In this document: positions 1-11,555 of the stretch, one piece after another
How positions within the stretch are numbered: the stretch's first letter is position 1
Layout: each line of letters begins with the position of its first letter
Assembly (NCBI GenBank): GCA_973895155.1
Contig: OZ316898.1
Coordinates: forward strand, 16,351,420 to 16,415,419
Direction of reading: 5' to 3'
From: Marsupella aquatica
Taxonomy: Eukaryota > Plantae > Marchantiophyta
DNA: 64,000 bases
Notes under the pieces: model-generated
What the model saw: the letters and a program-made list of their open reading frames with translations, nothing else
Told to the model about the DNA's origin: nothing
The model's database searches: none
Made by a program: the position numbers and the translations under genes

Positions 1-737
1 AAGTGGTTTATCACATGTAACAATGAAAATATAGGGTCATTTAAATAGTTTTGACGGAATACTTATTAAGTTGTCATGAAAATATTAGTTTTTTTAATTG
101 CAAAATGCATACATGTTGTTGTGTGATTGGTGTTGTACAATTTATAAAGTGACGTAGGGTGTCATAAATGATCCAAACCTTTGCATGTGATGTACGGCCC
201 TCTACATTAACACTGACCCCCCCCCCCCCCCAAGAGCTGGATGTCTAAACCTAGAAAGTGAATTTTGGAATGTTCTTACCCCAATCATGATAGGAAACTA
301 CTGTAGTTGCTTATCCAACTTCAAATTCTTTGTATGACTATTTCAAACTTAAACCTAAAGAGACTACATTGACAATGATGGAAGCTTGATGTTGATAGAT
401 GCATTGATCACCAGACTGATTTAGGAATCATGGCTCATGAGTGACCCTTGCTCCAAATAGCTAAAGCATCACTTTGTGATCTTTATGCTTTAATTGTGAA
501 TTTGAATGCCCAGAGAGGCATGGCTGCGTGGTAGCTCCAGGGGTAGCTCACGTAGTGACTCATAGGTTCTGGGTTCAAAAGTTGTGATTGACAGATCCCT
601 TTCTGTGGGGTTTCACAGATTTCCCCTTAAATTTACAAATAAAAAATTAAAATACTGTGAATTTAATGTAGTGTTCATTGTGAGAAATTCTAAGCAGTTC
701 TCACCATTAAAGTGGACCAAACTAATTTCCTCAACTC

Positions 738-747
738 GTGTGTGTGT

Positions 748-780
<33 letters not shown>
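738..780. repeat. (GT)n microsatellite
   Basis: About 21 GT units with one interruption, read directly. Confidence 0.95.
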
Positions 781-782
<2 letters not shown>

Positions 783-1959
783 TCGGGGTGTGCATTCTTT
801 GCATACTGACATACACAGAAAATGTCAATAAGTGGGAGGCAATGTGGTGGCACCCGGGCTTAGAGATTAAGCCATATGATGTGCTTATGCGGGCCAGCTA
901 TGAATTCTCACGAGAGTTTGAAAATCTCAACTTGACTCAAGTTGTTGTGGAGATGTATTGGTTGTATGATACACTGCAATATTGGATTTTTGTTGGGAGG
1001 GACGCTTACATGTACACCTCAAATAAGAACTCTTATGATTTGTATGCATACACTGAGCCAATCACACGTTCCCATTTGTCAATCAATTGGCAGCGCATGC
1101 AGGACTCTTTGGCAAGGAAGTACATCAGAACTATTCGTTACCGCCAAAAACCCGGAAAGCAAAAGAGAGTTCTCGATCAACCTTATGATCATCACCTACC
1201 TAGACACTACGATCATCTTGGCTTTGATGATCCATATTAGTTAAATCTGATTGAGTGAATCCTGAATAGTCACTAATTTCACACCTGGTACCAAACTTCC
1301 AACTTACTATAGTTGATTGACTCCAATGATGCCTACAATATTTTAACTTGTTTAAAAATTATTATATTTAAAGGGCATAGTCATTTAGGTTGAATTTTCT
1401 TGGAGCTTCTAGACATTCAAGTAGTCATGACTAACCCTTATGACAAGTCCATTCCAAAATCTTATCTCTAGCCTATGGTTGTATCACATCAGTGGTTTTT
1501 GCCACAAAGTTGACCGGTGATGGTTGTGGCAACAAACAAACACCACAAACTATTTTGTGTCTGTCATAAATGTTGCCATGAAAAATGGTTATATAATTAG
1601 ACGGTCCAGGGATTTGTGGTGACTTAGGAAAATTGACAATTTAAATGCTAAAAACACTAATAAATATGAACAATAGTGGAATGTTTTAATTATTTCCAGG
1701 AATTCCCAAATGCATTTATAAAGATTGTTAGTAATGATGAATTGATGGATATTGATATATAATTATATATCAAAACAAGGATTGACATTCTATACTATAC
1801 TTAAACTTTGAAGTACATGTTTAACATGTTTTGCGGCATAGACAAACTAGATATGGGACTGAGATCATACAACTAGATATGGGACTTGAAATCAATGAAA
1901 GGTACAAATACCATATCATACAACTTAAAATAACACAAATAATGAAAACAAGACAGCCT

Positions 1960-2364
1960 TCAAACTAAAACAAGTTTGAGATCACAACAAAATATTTTTT
2001 CATTTGGCCATGTCCAAAGTATGTCACCGATGCTTTTGGAAGAGGGTTTGGTTCCCATCTGACTGAACAACCTGAGTGGATGGAAACGAGTGACTTCCGC
2101 ATCCGGCTCAACCTTTGACAAAGCAGTTAGTCCAGGTGAGACGCTTATCCCGTGGGTCAGGGATTCTCCACCAAGGAGATTGCGGATAGTTTTACAGTTC
2201 ACTGGCCACCTCTTCCCTATAGTCCGACTCGGGAGGCTGAAATCCGCACTGATTTCCAGAATACCACCATCCCTGGAAAGGCGCCCCAAAGAGGTGTCAA
2301 GCAAAGGCCATCTGCGGCATACATTAGCATCTGTGGGCAGGGTTTCATTTTCAATAGAGTCCAA
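1960..2364 (-). pseudogene. Possible DNA-transposon accessory ORF fragment (Tnp1/En-Spm-like)
   Basis: KVEPDAEVTRFHP...SIGDILWTWP loosely resembles C-terminal domains of CACTA accessory proteins. No termini identified. Confidence 0.2.
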
Positions 2365-2860
2365 TCTGCAGCTGGTATTGATGATGAGTGTGGATCATCT
2401 ACTACTGAGAGGACTAGCGCCCGGCGCTAGTATGCTTGCTTCCACAGTGGAGACCGTTCGATATTACAAACAATGGTCACATGATAGAAGACATTAGTTT
2501 TCAGAATGTGATCATGTGATTCGGTTGGATGAGATATCTATTGAGTGACTACAGACCTATAATTGTTTTTTGTTATCAGGACGTGCCCTTTCAAATATGT
2601 TTACAAATTAGAAAGTGGCATAGGATGCGCTCATCACGTAGATTTGTGGCTTGGTTCATTTTTTAGTACACTTTGTGGACCTCTTAGCCACTTTTGTAGT
2701 TGCCAATTTCTAGGCTCTTCCTGGGGAATTTTCTTTGTTTTAATAAAATCTAGACCGCGAAAACCCCGCGGCGGGGGGGAAGCAAGCAGCATAAGAGCCA
2801 ATAAACCCAGTTAACGGGAGCACCCAGATCACAATAGCCACAGCCGGGCCACTAGAGCCA

Positions 2861-5368
2861 GTTCTACCAAAATCCTAAACACTAAAACGCCATCAGAGCC
2901 AATTAAACCAACAATCTTCAAAGCCAACTTTGAACATCTTCTCCATACCCAAGATGATCATATTGAGCTCTCAGAAGTCATAGCACAAGCAGCAGCCTCT
3001 ACTTTCTCCACCAAACCCCCTAGAAAGCAAAACATGAAGGCTTGGTTTGACGAGGATTGTGCTAGAGCAAGGATGCAAGCAAGATCACATTCAGGGGAAA
3101 AGAGACTTTTGGCATTCACTATGTACAAGAACTTCATCAAACACAAGAAGAGGTGCTTCTTGAAGAGTCATCAACAATCACTATGTGAGGAGTTCATCAA
3201 ACATCCAAAACGTTTTTGGGAGAGAATGCAATCAGGCAAGACTACTCCCCCCTTGGATCACCAGGACCTGGTAACCTATGTCACATCCTTGTATTTCTTT
3301 CCAGATGCTAGTGGCATGCCTTTGCCCCTTGGGGACACCATTCAGTTTACAGAGAGGGAGGTGAAGGTGCATCTTTCCCACATGCAACATGGGAAAGCTA
3401 AAGATCTGTTGGGCCTGAACTTGGAGCTTCTTTTGTGGGGAGGACCCTCTTTACTAACAAACTTGGTGCATGAGCTGAATCAAGCAATGACTTTAGGTTT
3501 ACCTAAAGCTTGGATGACCAGAAGAGTGGTGCCTATCTTCAAAGGCAGGCAACAAGGACGATGTGCACAACTACAGAACCATCATGGTAGGCAATACTTT
3601 TGCTAAAGTTTTGGGAGGACTACTTGAAGCCAGATTAAGCTCTTGGTTGGAGAGTGAGATGAAAAGGGCACCTTCACAAGCAGGTTTTAGGAGAGAATTC
3701 AGCACTATGGATCACATTCTCTGCTTGAGGGTGTTGTGTGAAAAGGCCAAATCTCCACATAAACCATTATTTTGCTTGTTTGTGGACTTCTCCAAGGCCT
3801 TTGACAAAGTTTCCCGATCCAAGCTTTGGGATAGGATGGTGGAGTTGGAAGTGCCTGAAGAGCTCAGGTTGGCTGTTTCTAAATTGTACCAAGAAGTGCG
3901 CATCAAACTTTCAAAGGAAACCTCTGAAGAAATCTGGAGCACTCTTGGGGTGATCCAAGGTTGTCCTCTCTCACCAACTCTCTTTGGCATCTTCATTGAT
4001 CAGCTACACAACATTTTGGAGGAGCATGGTGGAGTTAGCACTCAATTGGGTAGGTTTGTCCTCCAACTTCTTATATTTGCAGATGATGTGGTCCTACTTG
4101 CTCATGCTCAAGAAGCTTTGCAACGACATCTCAATGCCTTGGAGGAGTTTTGTCAAGCAACAGGGATGGTAGTCAACCTCAAGAAGACCAAGTGTTTGGG
4201 CATTGGCACACGACAAAATCCAGAGCTCTACTTCCAAGGGAATCTGGTGGAATTTGTGAGGACCTACAAATACCTTGGGGTGGAGTTCTCTCAAAACTTG
4301 AGTTGGGCCTCATGTGTAAAATCTAGGACTGCCAATAGGTACAGAGCTTTTTATGCATTCATGAACAAATGCAAAAGAGCTGGTCTACACACTTGGAGGT
4401 TAAGGAAACATCTCTTTGGAGCTTTGGTGAAACCAGTCATTCTTTATGGAGCACCAATTTGGGGAGCAGGTGTGTCTAAATCTGGGTGGCAACAGATTGA
4501 GGGGCTGCAAAAGCTATTTCTTGAGATGGAGCTTGGGATCAAGTCACAAACCCCATATGCACTTACACTTGCAGAGGCAGGCTTGTTTCCTTTGGAGGTG
4601 AAGGCACTCTTCCACACACTCAAATACATCATGCGTGTAAGAGAGTTGGAGGAAAACAGATTTCCTTTTCATGCCTTGCGCTCATCTTCAGCTAAAGGGT
4701 GGTATGCAGATGTGTGCAGGTGGGCCCATGCTTGGGATTTTCCTGAACATGAATGGCCAACACACCCAACCAAGCTAAGAGCAAAACTTGAGCAAAAGGC
4801 TTTGCACAAACTTTGGCATGAACCTAGCCCATGGCAGCAATACTACATGAGAGATGTGAACCCCATGAAGAAATATCGAGAACAAGAATACTTATCTAGC
4901 ACTATCTCAGTACAACTTAGACAACTTATTGCTCAGTATAGACTAAGCTCACACCACCTTGAAGTAGAACAAGGGAGATGGAAGGATATTGACAGGAAAA
5001 AGAGGGTTTGTCAACTATGTGATAGCTCTAGTATAGAGAATGAATATCATGTATTCATTGCTTGCAAGTTTTATGAGGGGGTTAGGATGGCATCTCAAAT
5101 CTTGGTGAAAGATTTGTATGCATTGTTTGGTCTACCCCCTCAGCAACTTGGAAGATATATCTTTGCGGTGGATAGGGAAAGGAGAATAGGTTTGGAAAAT
5201 CTTTCAGGGCTCTCTAGGTCCATAGTTTCTTTGAGGACATAGTTGTCCTCTTCTGAGCAATCTCTTTTGGTTGCTCTTTTCTTTGATTGCATTGTACTTT
5301 ACTTTTTGTGGCAGCTCCTTTGACTTTCATGGTCCCGGAGCTTATAATACATTACCATTACCATTACC
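2861..5368 (+). mobile_element. 5'-truncated RTE/RTE-X-like LINE, family B, (CATTAC)n tail
   Basis: RT motifs QAGFR, FVDFSKAFD, QGCPLSP, FADD; C-terminal RLSSHHLEVEQGRW..C..C..ENEYH..C motif; (CATTAC)3 at 5350-5367. The 5' boundary is approximate. Confidence 0.9.
3034..5242 (+). pseudogene. LINE ORF2 reverse transcriptase (one frameshift near 3550, endonuclease missing)
   Basis: ORFs 3034-3606 and 3563-5242 join into a continuous RT plus C-terminal Cys/His domain. Confidence 0.9.
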
Positions 5369-6459
5369 AATCACCACATCGGCCAGGGAGCCATAGAGCC
5401 CAGCCAGCACCAAGGTTATTTCTAGGCTCTTGTATCAGGGATATCCTAAACCCCTGATTTCATCTACATGGGCACAAATTTTCAGCTATAAGTGCTTGGT
5501 GCTACCATACCATTCGGCTGGATCAAGTATTCTATGTATTTCTGATTTGCTTCATTTTAGAGTGCAGATACCCCGGGTCGCTCAAAATATTTTGTCGATC
5601 AGCACCTGGCACTACCATCTGGCTAGATAAATTCCCATCATATGAGTTTATGGATTGTCGAGTGGCACAAGATGCTAATCATATGGATTTGATTCATTTC
5701 AAAGTAGAGATCTATCAAGTCCTTCTGTTGGCACCAGGCTATGCCCTCTTCTTTTTTGGATAACCTAATCCTAGATTTCATGTACAGTTCTGGAATTTTG
5801 TGTTATGAGCACCTAGCGCTACTATCGGGCCAGTATAATTGTTTTATGTTATTGGAACATGCCCTTTCAAATATGTTTACAAATTAGAAAGTGGCATAGG
5901 ATGCACTCATCATGTAGATTTTTGGTTTGGTTCATTTTTGAGTACTTTGTGGATCTCTTAGCCACTTTTGTAATTGCCTGTTTCTAGGCTCTTGTATTGG
6001 GGATATCCTAAAACCTTTATTTCATCATCTTACATGGGCACAAATTTTCAGTTATAAGTGCCTTGTGCTACCATACCGTTTGGATGGATCAAGTATTCTA
6101 TGTATTTCTGACTCACTTTGTTTTAGAGTGCGGATACCCGGATTTCTCAAAAACTTTTCTTGACGCCTAGGGCTACCCTCTGGCTAGATAAATTCCCATC
6201 ATATGAGTTTAAAGCAAAAGCAAAATGTGCAAATTCTCTCTAACTCTGATGAGGAGGAAGCATCTATCGCTCAAGGAGTAGCACAAATGTGCAGGCTGAC
6301 CAAGGATAGTGAGAGACGTTTCTTGGCAAAGAGTAATCTAAACAAAATTTCAAACTCATTTAGCCAGAGGAAAGTCCAACCTCCTTGGATGGGCAATGCA
6401 GATCAATGATTGTCTGCAATGAGCAAATTGAGCAAACGTCCAAACCCGATGGTCATCAA

Positions 6460-7400
6460 CGGCAAACCATACTCTAGAATTGGTGTTCACTTGGGTTTCA
6501 TTTTCATGTCAACGGGTCATAGAACGAGTGTCACAGCCGTGAGGTCCCACAGTGGAACATTTGGAGTGAGCAGTTAACGTATTCTTTCTTTGGGGTCATG
6601 CGTTTGATGCTTGCCAACAATGGTTATGTCATAGTACTTCACAGCTCCGATTATAACCACATGAGACAAAAAAAATTGCAGTCAAGTAGAAGAACAAATT
6701 CAAACATGTTTGACAGTATTCAGTTTTGCTAGCATCTCCTTTGTATCAGGCAGATATGGATATAAAGGTAATACATCCACTTCCATTCCCCCTTTATTAC
6801 GTACAATTTTGGCTAGTGGCCTCACTAACCAAAACTTGCCATTTTTGACAAATTATTATTTTGGATTCAAGTCGTTACCCTCACCATGGCTTTTTGCAAA
6901 GTGGAATGTACAGCAAAAATACCAAAACATATTGGATATGTTTCATTGACTTCATCTGAGGATGCCCATCACAAATCGATGCTGAGTGTTTGCTACCCAA
7001 AAACTGATCCTAGTCCAAGAGTTGCATTTGCACAATAGATTGTTAGTTGGTTTCATGCAAGCCGTAATGGAGATCCTTACTTTGCCTAAGGACATTGTCA
7101 TTGGCTGGACTATTGGAGATGGAAGTGCTTTTGCCGTTGGGGAGTATGCAGCAAGGAGATTTGACTCATTTCTTTGCTTTGTATTTGGCTTTTTTGCCAC
7201 AGCTCCCTTGACTCATTGGGTCGTCGTGGAGCTTAGAATTTGACTTTGACTTTGTTGTAGGGGTAGAAGATAGAAACACAAAGACATCTATGTGCTCAAA
7301 AAAGTTTGGCAAATGTGTTGGAGAGACATGCCCAAAAGTTGAAGGGGCCACAGATCAGAAGGAGGACCCCAAAGATGAAGAATCGGACGATGAGTTCACC
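6460..7400 (+). pseudogene. Decayed beta-class N6-adenine/N4-cytosine DNA methyltransferase-like sequence
   Basis: Hand translation gives PQWNIW..FFGVMRLMLANNGYVIVLHS (~6545-6650) and MEILTLPKDIVIGWTIGDGSAFAVGEYAARR-[LINE fragment]-VVGVEDR (7068-7275), resembling the RvLkpgG and GDiVLDpF.GsG..gR..iG.E motifs. The catalytic DPPY motif is not recognisable. Confidence 0.45.
7159..7254 (+). mobile_element. ~95-bp 3' fragment of LINE family A with (TTTGAC)n tail
   Basis: Matches the family A 3' ends at 16936-17036 and 29866-29950. Confidence 0.9.
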
Positions 7401-7592
7401 ATCCTAGGAGATGATGAAGACAGACCTTCCAACAAGAAGGATGAATTTGACCTGGAGTAAAGTACTTGACCTTTGTCTTTGGTACTTGCACATCCCTCCT
7501 TGCCCAAACCCTCAATACTAACAAAGTTTATGCCAGCCCAAGCCAAAATCCGCGCAAGGACGGATCTTTTGGTGTGACATAGCTTTTGTTTT

Positions 7593-9340
7593 TGGCGCTA
7601 GATGGAGGGGGCAATCTTAGTCTTGTTAGAGTGGAGTCATGTGCATATGTATGGCATAATGGGACCATGTGCCCTAGTGACTTGTTAGCTATTGCATTCA
7701 TAAGAGTAGATGCCCGTCACTTGTTCTCAAGTTGCAATACCTAAGGAGATTGAAGAGTGAACGAGAAAGTGTGTCAACAACAAGCTCTGAATCTTTGGAC
7801 TCGGAAGATCCGCACTCGCCTCGACGGATGAATGCTCCACCGGGACCGTCAAGTTCTGGTTTAGAAGGTCTTGCTCTGGCTCCCGCTGCAATTCCACCAG
7901 TGCCACCTCCTCCACCAACTCCCATGGCAGCAGCTTTGCTCGTTGCTGCACGACTGGCCCCGGCCCCTCAGGTATCACAACAATTGCGATTTCATTATTG
8001 CCCATTCAAGGGATGCCATGGAGATGACCCGGACAAATGGTTGGATGAATTCAAAGCCACGAGTAAAGCAAATGGGGAGGATGCCATTAAACTGACACTT
8101 CTTCCGGGAGTAATGAGGGGTGAAGCTCATCCTTGGTACAACTCACTACAACCTGGCATTACTTGGCCGCAGTTCCAAGCGCCTTACTACAAGAGTTTTG
8201 AGCTATTGGGGCAGACTCGCATTCCTTGTTGAAAATTGGCCACCTTTGAATGGGGAAGGAGTCCTTGCAAAAGTTCATTCAAAAGTTCCAGCTAAAATTC
8301 AGCCCAAGCCAGGCGATGCGCTCCAACTCACATGGTTTCTGCATTGTTTGCCCACGGAAATGCAATTTTGGGTTTGATAGAATAACCCAATCTCAATGCA
8401 GGCTGCCATAGCATGTACCAAAACGTTTAGGGGGTCCACTTATAACTCCCAACGAAGCCAACGGGCATGACGCAAGAAAAGCAAGTACCAAACCTTCAGC
8501 AACACTGATTCCAAATCAGATGACGAGAAGAAGAAGAAGAAGAAGAAGAAGCATCGTTTGACTTTGTCCAGCTCAGAGATAGAGTCTAGTCTGGCCACAA
8601 CATCGTCCAGCAGCTCCTCCACCTCCAGTTCATCAAGTAGTGATTTGGAGAGTGAGTCCCAAAGCAAGAAGAAGAAACGGCACATGAAGGAGGAGAAAAT
8701 CAAGCCCCAAGCCCAAAGAGTAGTACCAGACCTCAAAGCAGCTGAAGCAGATAAGCTCAATGAGATTACCAATCACCTAAAAGCCTTGTCAGTACATCTC
8801 GCAGAGAAGACTATAGAGAAGAAAAAGTCGTGCAAAACCCGGCACATGTGTGGAGAGAAGTGCTTCCAATTAGGGCATGTGGTGCAAGAATGCCCAAAAT
8901 GGAAGAATTGGGTCCATCAAGTCAAGTTGGACAATGTTGACGGGCCCCTGGAGCCCAGATCCGGAGTCAACCGAGTACTTCTTTGAGGACCCCCCTGATT
9001 TTTTGTATCAGATCTCCACGGTGAGTCATAGGAATTTGGCAGGAAGAACCGCGTACCCATACCCTAATGGTGGTCGGGGGGCTACAAGTCATAAGTAACC
9101 GAAGCATTCCTTCAAAGCCAGGGATTTGGCGATCCCTGGTCCGACCACTTTGCAAGGGAGTGCACTGAGCAAAGACGGCAAGGGGATGATAGTGGCTTAG
9201 GGTTTAGGGTTTAGGGTGCCAGGTTTGCAAGATGGGGGCTCATCCACGGCTAATTGCCCATTGGTTATTGCAGCACAAGCAAATGCGGCTCGACCGGCAC
9301 AAGTAGACCCAGCTCCAAGCGATGCGGCGGTACAAATGAT
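7593..9340 (+). mobile_element. Degenerate Ty3/gypsy relic: PBS plus gag, relative of the 30890-46372 element
   Basis: PBS TGGCGCTAGATGGAGGGG at 7593 is identical to that at 35530. Gag FHYCPFKG..DDPDKWLDEF..ANGE aligns with IHYKAFHG..EDPDEWLDDF..ANGE. Ser/Lys-rich linker and decayed CCHC knuckles follow. Confidence 0.85.
9197..9216 (+). repeat. Interstitial plant telomeric repeat (TTTAGGG)~3
   Basis: TTAGGGTTTAGGGTTTAGGG inside the gag relic. Confidence 0.85.
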
Positions 9341-9447
9341 AGACATGAGATGGAGTGGCAAGATGATACCACTAAATGGGTCGATGAAGAATATCCAATG
9401 GAGTCAAAGAGCTTATCAGGGAGATTCTGATAACAAACAAATGCTTT

Positions 9448-9849
9448 GTGAAAATACTGAAAAATATTTGGGATGACCTCGCTTTAAATAAAGATCGGAC
9501 AGGCGCGCTTTATAATGACAGCAACACTATCCTTCTTGATGATTTACCTCATAGAAGTTTCTTTAACACCAAATACTCTACGCTATTTCTTGATTGCTTC
9601 AACGGCAATAATAATGGTTTTTGTCCAGATACATTTATAAGCAACAAACTTCAACCATTATTGCAGGAGTTAGCCTTGGCAAGAGATGTGCGTGTGTTTT
9701 TGTGGAGAAACACTCCAAAATGGCCTAGTTGGAATTTGGTCAAGGACCAAAAACAGTATCAACAGATATATACTCAACTCCAGGGGTTCGGGGAATCTAA
9801 CTCGCTTTTACATCATTGCCAGTGCGCAAAAATGATGTTTTGCAACTGA
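9448..9849 (+). pseudogene. FCP1/NIF-like (HAD) phosphatase domain fragment
   Basis: K.LKNIWD..LYNDSNTILLDDLPHRSFFN resembles the NTLL.DDSP..N motif of FCP1-homology proteins. The N-terminal DxDxT motif is absent. Confidence 0.5.
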
Positions 9850-10012
9850 CAACTTTGACACTTACTCCTCGGTACATAGAGATCATATTGTGGATGTCTC
9901 ATAAGGAAGACTTCACTAAGCACAAAACTAAACAATGTGCAAAAGGCCTAGAAACTGCGCATGGGCTATTCACCACAAATTTTAGGGAATTTGTGAAAGT
10001 GGTCACTCTTGC

Positions 10013-11555
10013 ATGATAAAGCTATTAGAAAACTTTGGAGTGATGGAAAGATCATGCAGATCTAAAACAAGGATTTGATGTGCTACTCAAACCTCCTCAC
10101 ACCGTCTACATGCTATGAATACATGATATTCATTCTCAATGCTACCAAAGTCAAAGTCAAAGTCAAAGTCAAATTCTAAGCTCCACGACGACCCAATGAG
10201 TCAAGGGAGCTATGGCAAAAAAGCCAAATACAAAGCAAAGAAATGAGTCAAATGCTCATATGAGGATCTCTACCACTATCACAAAGTCTACACACCCTAT
10301 CCTGCCTCCTAATTCTCTTCCATCTACCCTCCTCTACCTCCAAGTGATGTGAGCTGAGTCTATATCTAGCACTCACTTGTCTCAACCTCATACAAATGGG
10401 AGCTCTAAGATACTCTTGAACTTCCAAGTGGAAAGGCTTGCTCCCTTGCAATGCCGAACCATGCTATATAAGGCCTTGTAACCATGAGCCACCTGCGTCA
10501 CACATGTAACCCAACTCATGCTTCGGGAAAACTCCACCCCAAGATACTTGTAAGAGGTCACCATCTCCACCTTTTCACCTGCAAACTAGAGAGAGAGCTC
10601 TTGCTTTGTACCAAGTACAAGGCACTTGGTCTTCTTCATGTTGACCTGCATGTCTGATTGTTTGCAAAAATGCTCTAGGGTTAGAATATTTTGTTGCAAA
10701 TCAGATTGGGAGTGAGCTAGAAGCACCACATCATCTGCAAATATAAGAAGTTGGATGGCCAGTATTCCCAACTAAGAGCCTACGCCTCTCATCTCCTCTA
10801 GCAAATCATGTAGCCAGTCAAGAAGACCCCAAAGAGCGTTGGAGATAGTGGACAGCCTTGGATCACACCAAGTGTGCTAGGAACCTCCTCATAGCTACTA
10901 CCAGAGAATCTAATCACTACCTTTTCTTAGAGCTCCCATTTCTATGAGGTTGAGACAAGTGATTGCTAGATATAGACTCAGCTCACATCACTTGGAGGTA
11001 GAGGAGGGTAGATGGAAGGGAATTAGGAGGCAGGATAGGTTGTGTAGACTTTGTGATAGTGATAGCATTGAGAATGAATATCATGTATTCATAGCATTTG
11101 ACTCATTTCTTTGCTTTGTATTTGGCTTTTTTGCCACAGCTCCCTTGACTCATTGGGTCATCGTGGAGCTTAGAATTTGACTTTGACTTTGACTTTAGAC
11201 TCTAACAAGGACCAAATCATTCCCATCAAATTGGACCTAGTTGGAGCTGGCTGCGCCTCTAAATCGGGTTCTATCTCTTCAATAATTTCCCCAAAACCAT
11301 TTCTTTCAATTGCATTGGAAAGTTCTCTTCAAGGCGCCCCAACTAAACAATGTTCAAAATGGTTCAAAATTGAGATAGTTATGGTAGATTGAGTTTTGCA
11401 TTCTAGGGTTTGCTTCGAATCCGCATTTCTGCGAATTTGCGACTTTGATTGCTAGGGCTGTGAGACAACTCTAGGGACGTTCTTGGGCTCATTAGGAGCG
11501 CCTTGAGGTCTACAATCTTCCTATTTGAAAAATAGCTACAAAGCTTGACACTGCT
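10013..11555. mobile_element. Cluster of rearranged LINE family A fragments in both orientations
   Basis: Minus copy 10045-10925 carries a nested 3' fragment 10148-10269 flanked by CTACCA. A plus 3' fragment 10927-11200 is followed directly by a plus 5' end 11204-11555, which matches 50005-50360 reverse-complemented. Confidence 0.85.

Larger units (their letters stand above)
2720..5417 (-). mobile_element. Short retroposed element (A-rich tail on minus strand) flanked by a 14-bp direct repeat; contains the family B LINE
   Basis: ATTTCTAGGCTCTT at 2706-2719 and 5418-5431. T-rich tract at ~2728-2743 reads ATTAAAACAAAGAAAA on the minus strand. Confidence 0.55.
2558..6210. repeat. Degenerate ~565-bp tandem repeat, one unit split by an insertion
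   Basis: 2558-2719 matches 5835-5992, and 5420-5650 matches 5983-6210. Confidence 0.75.
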
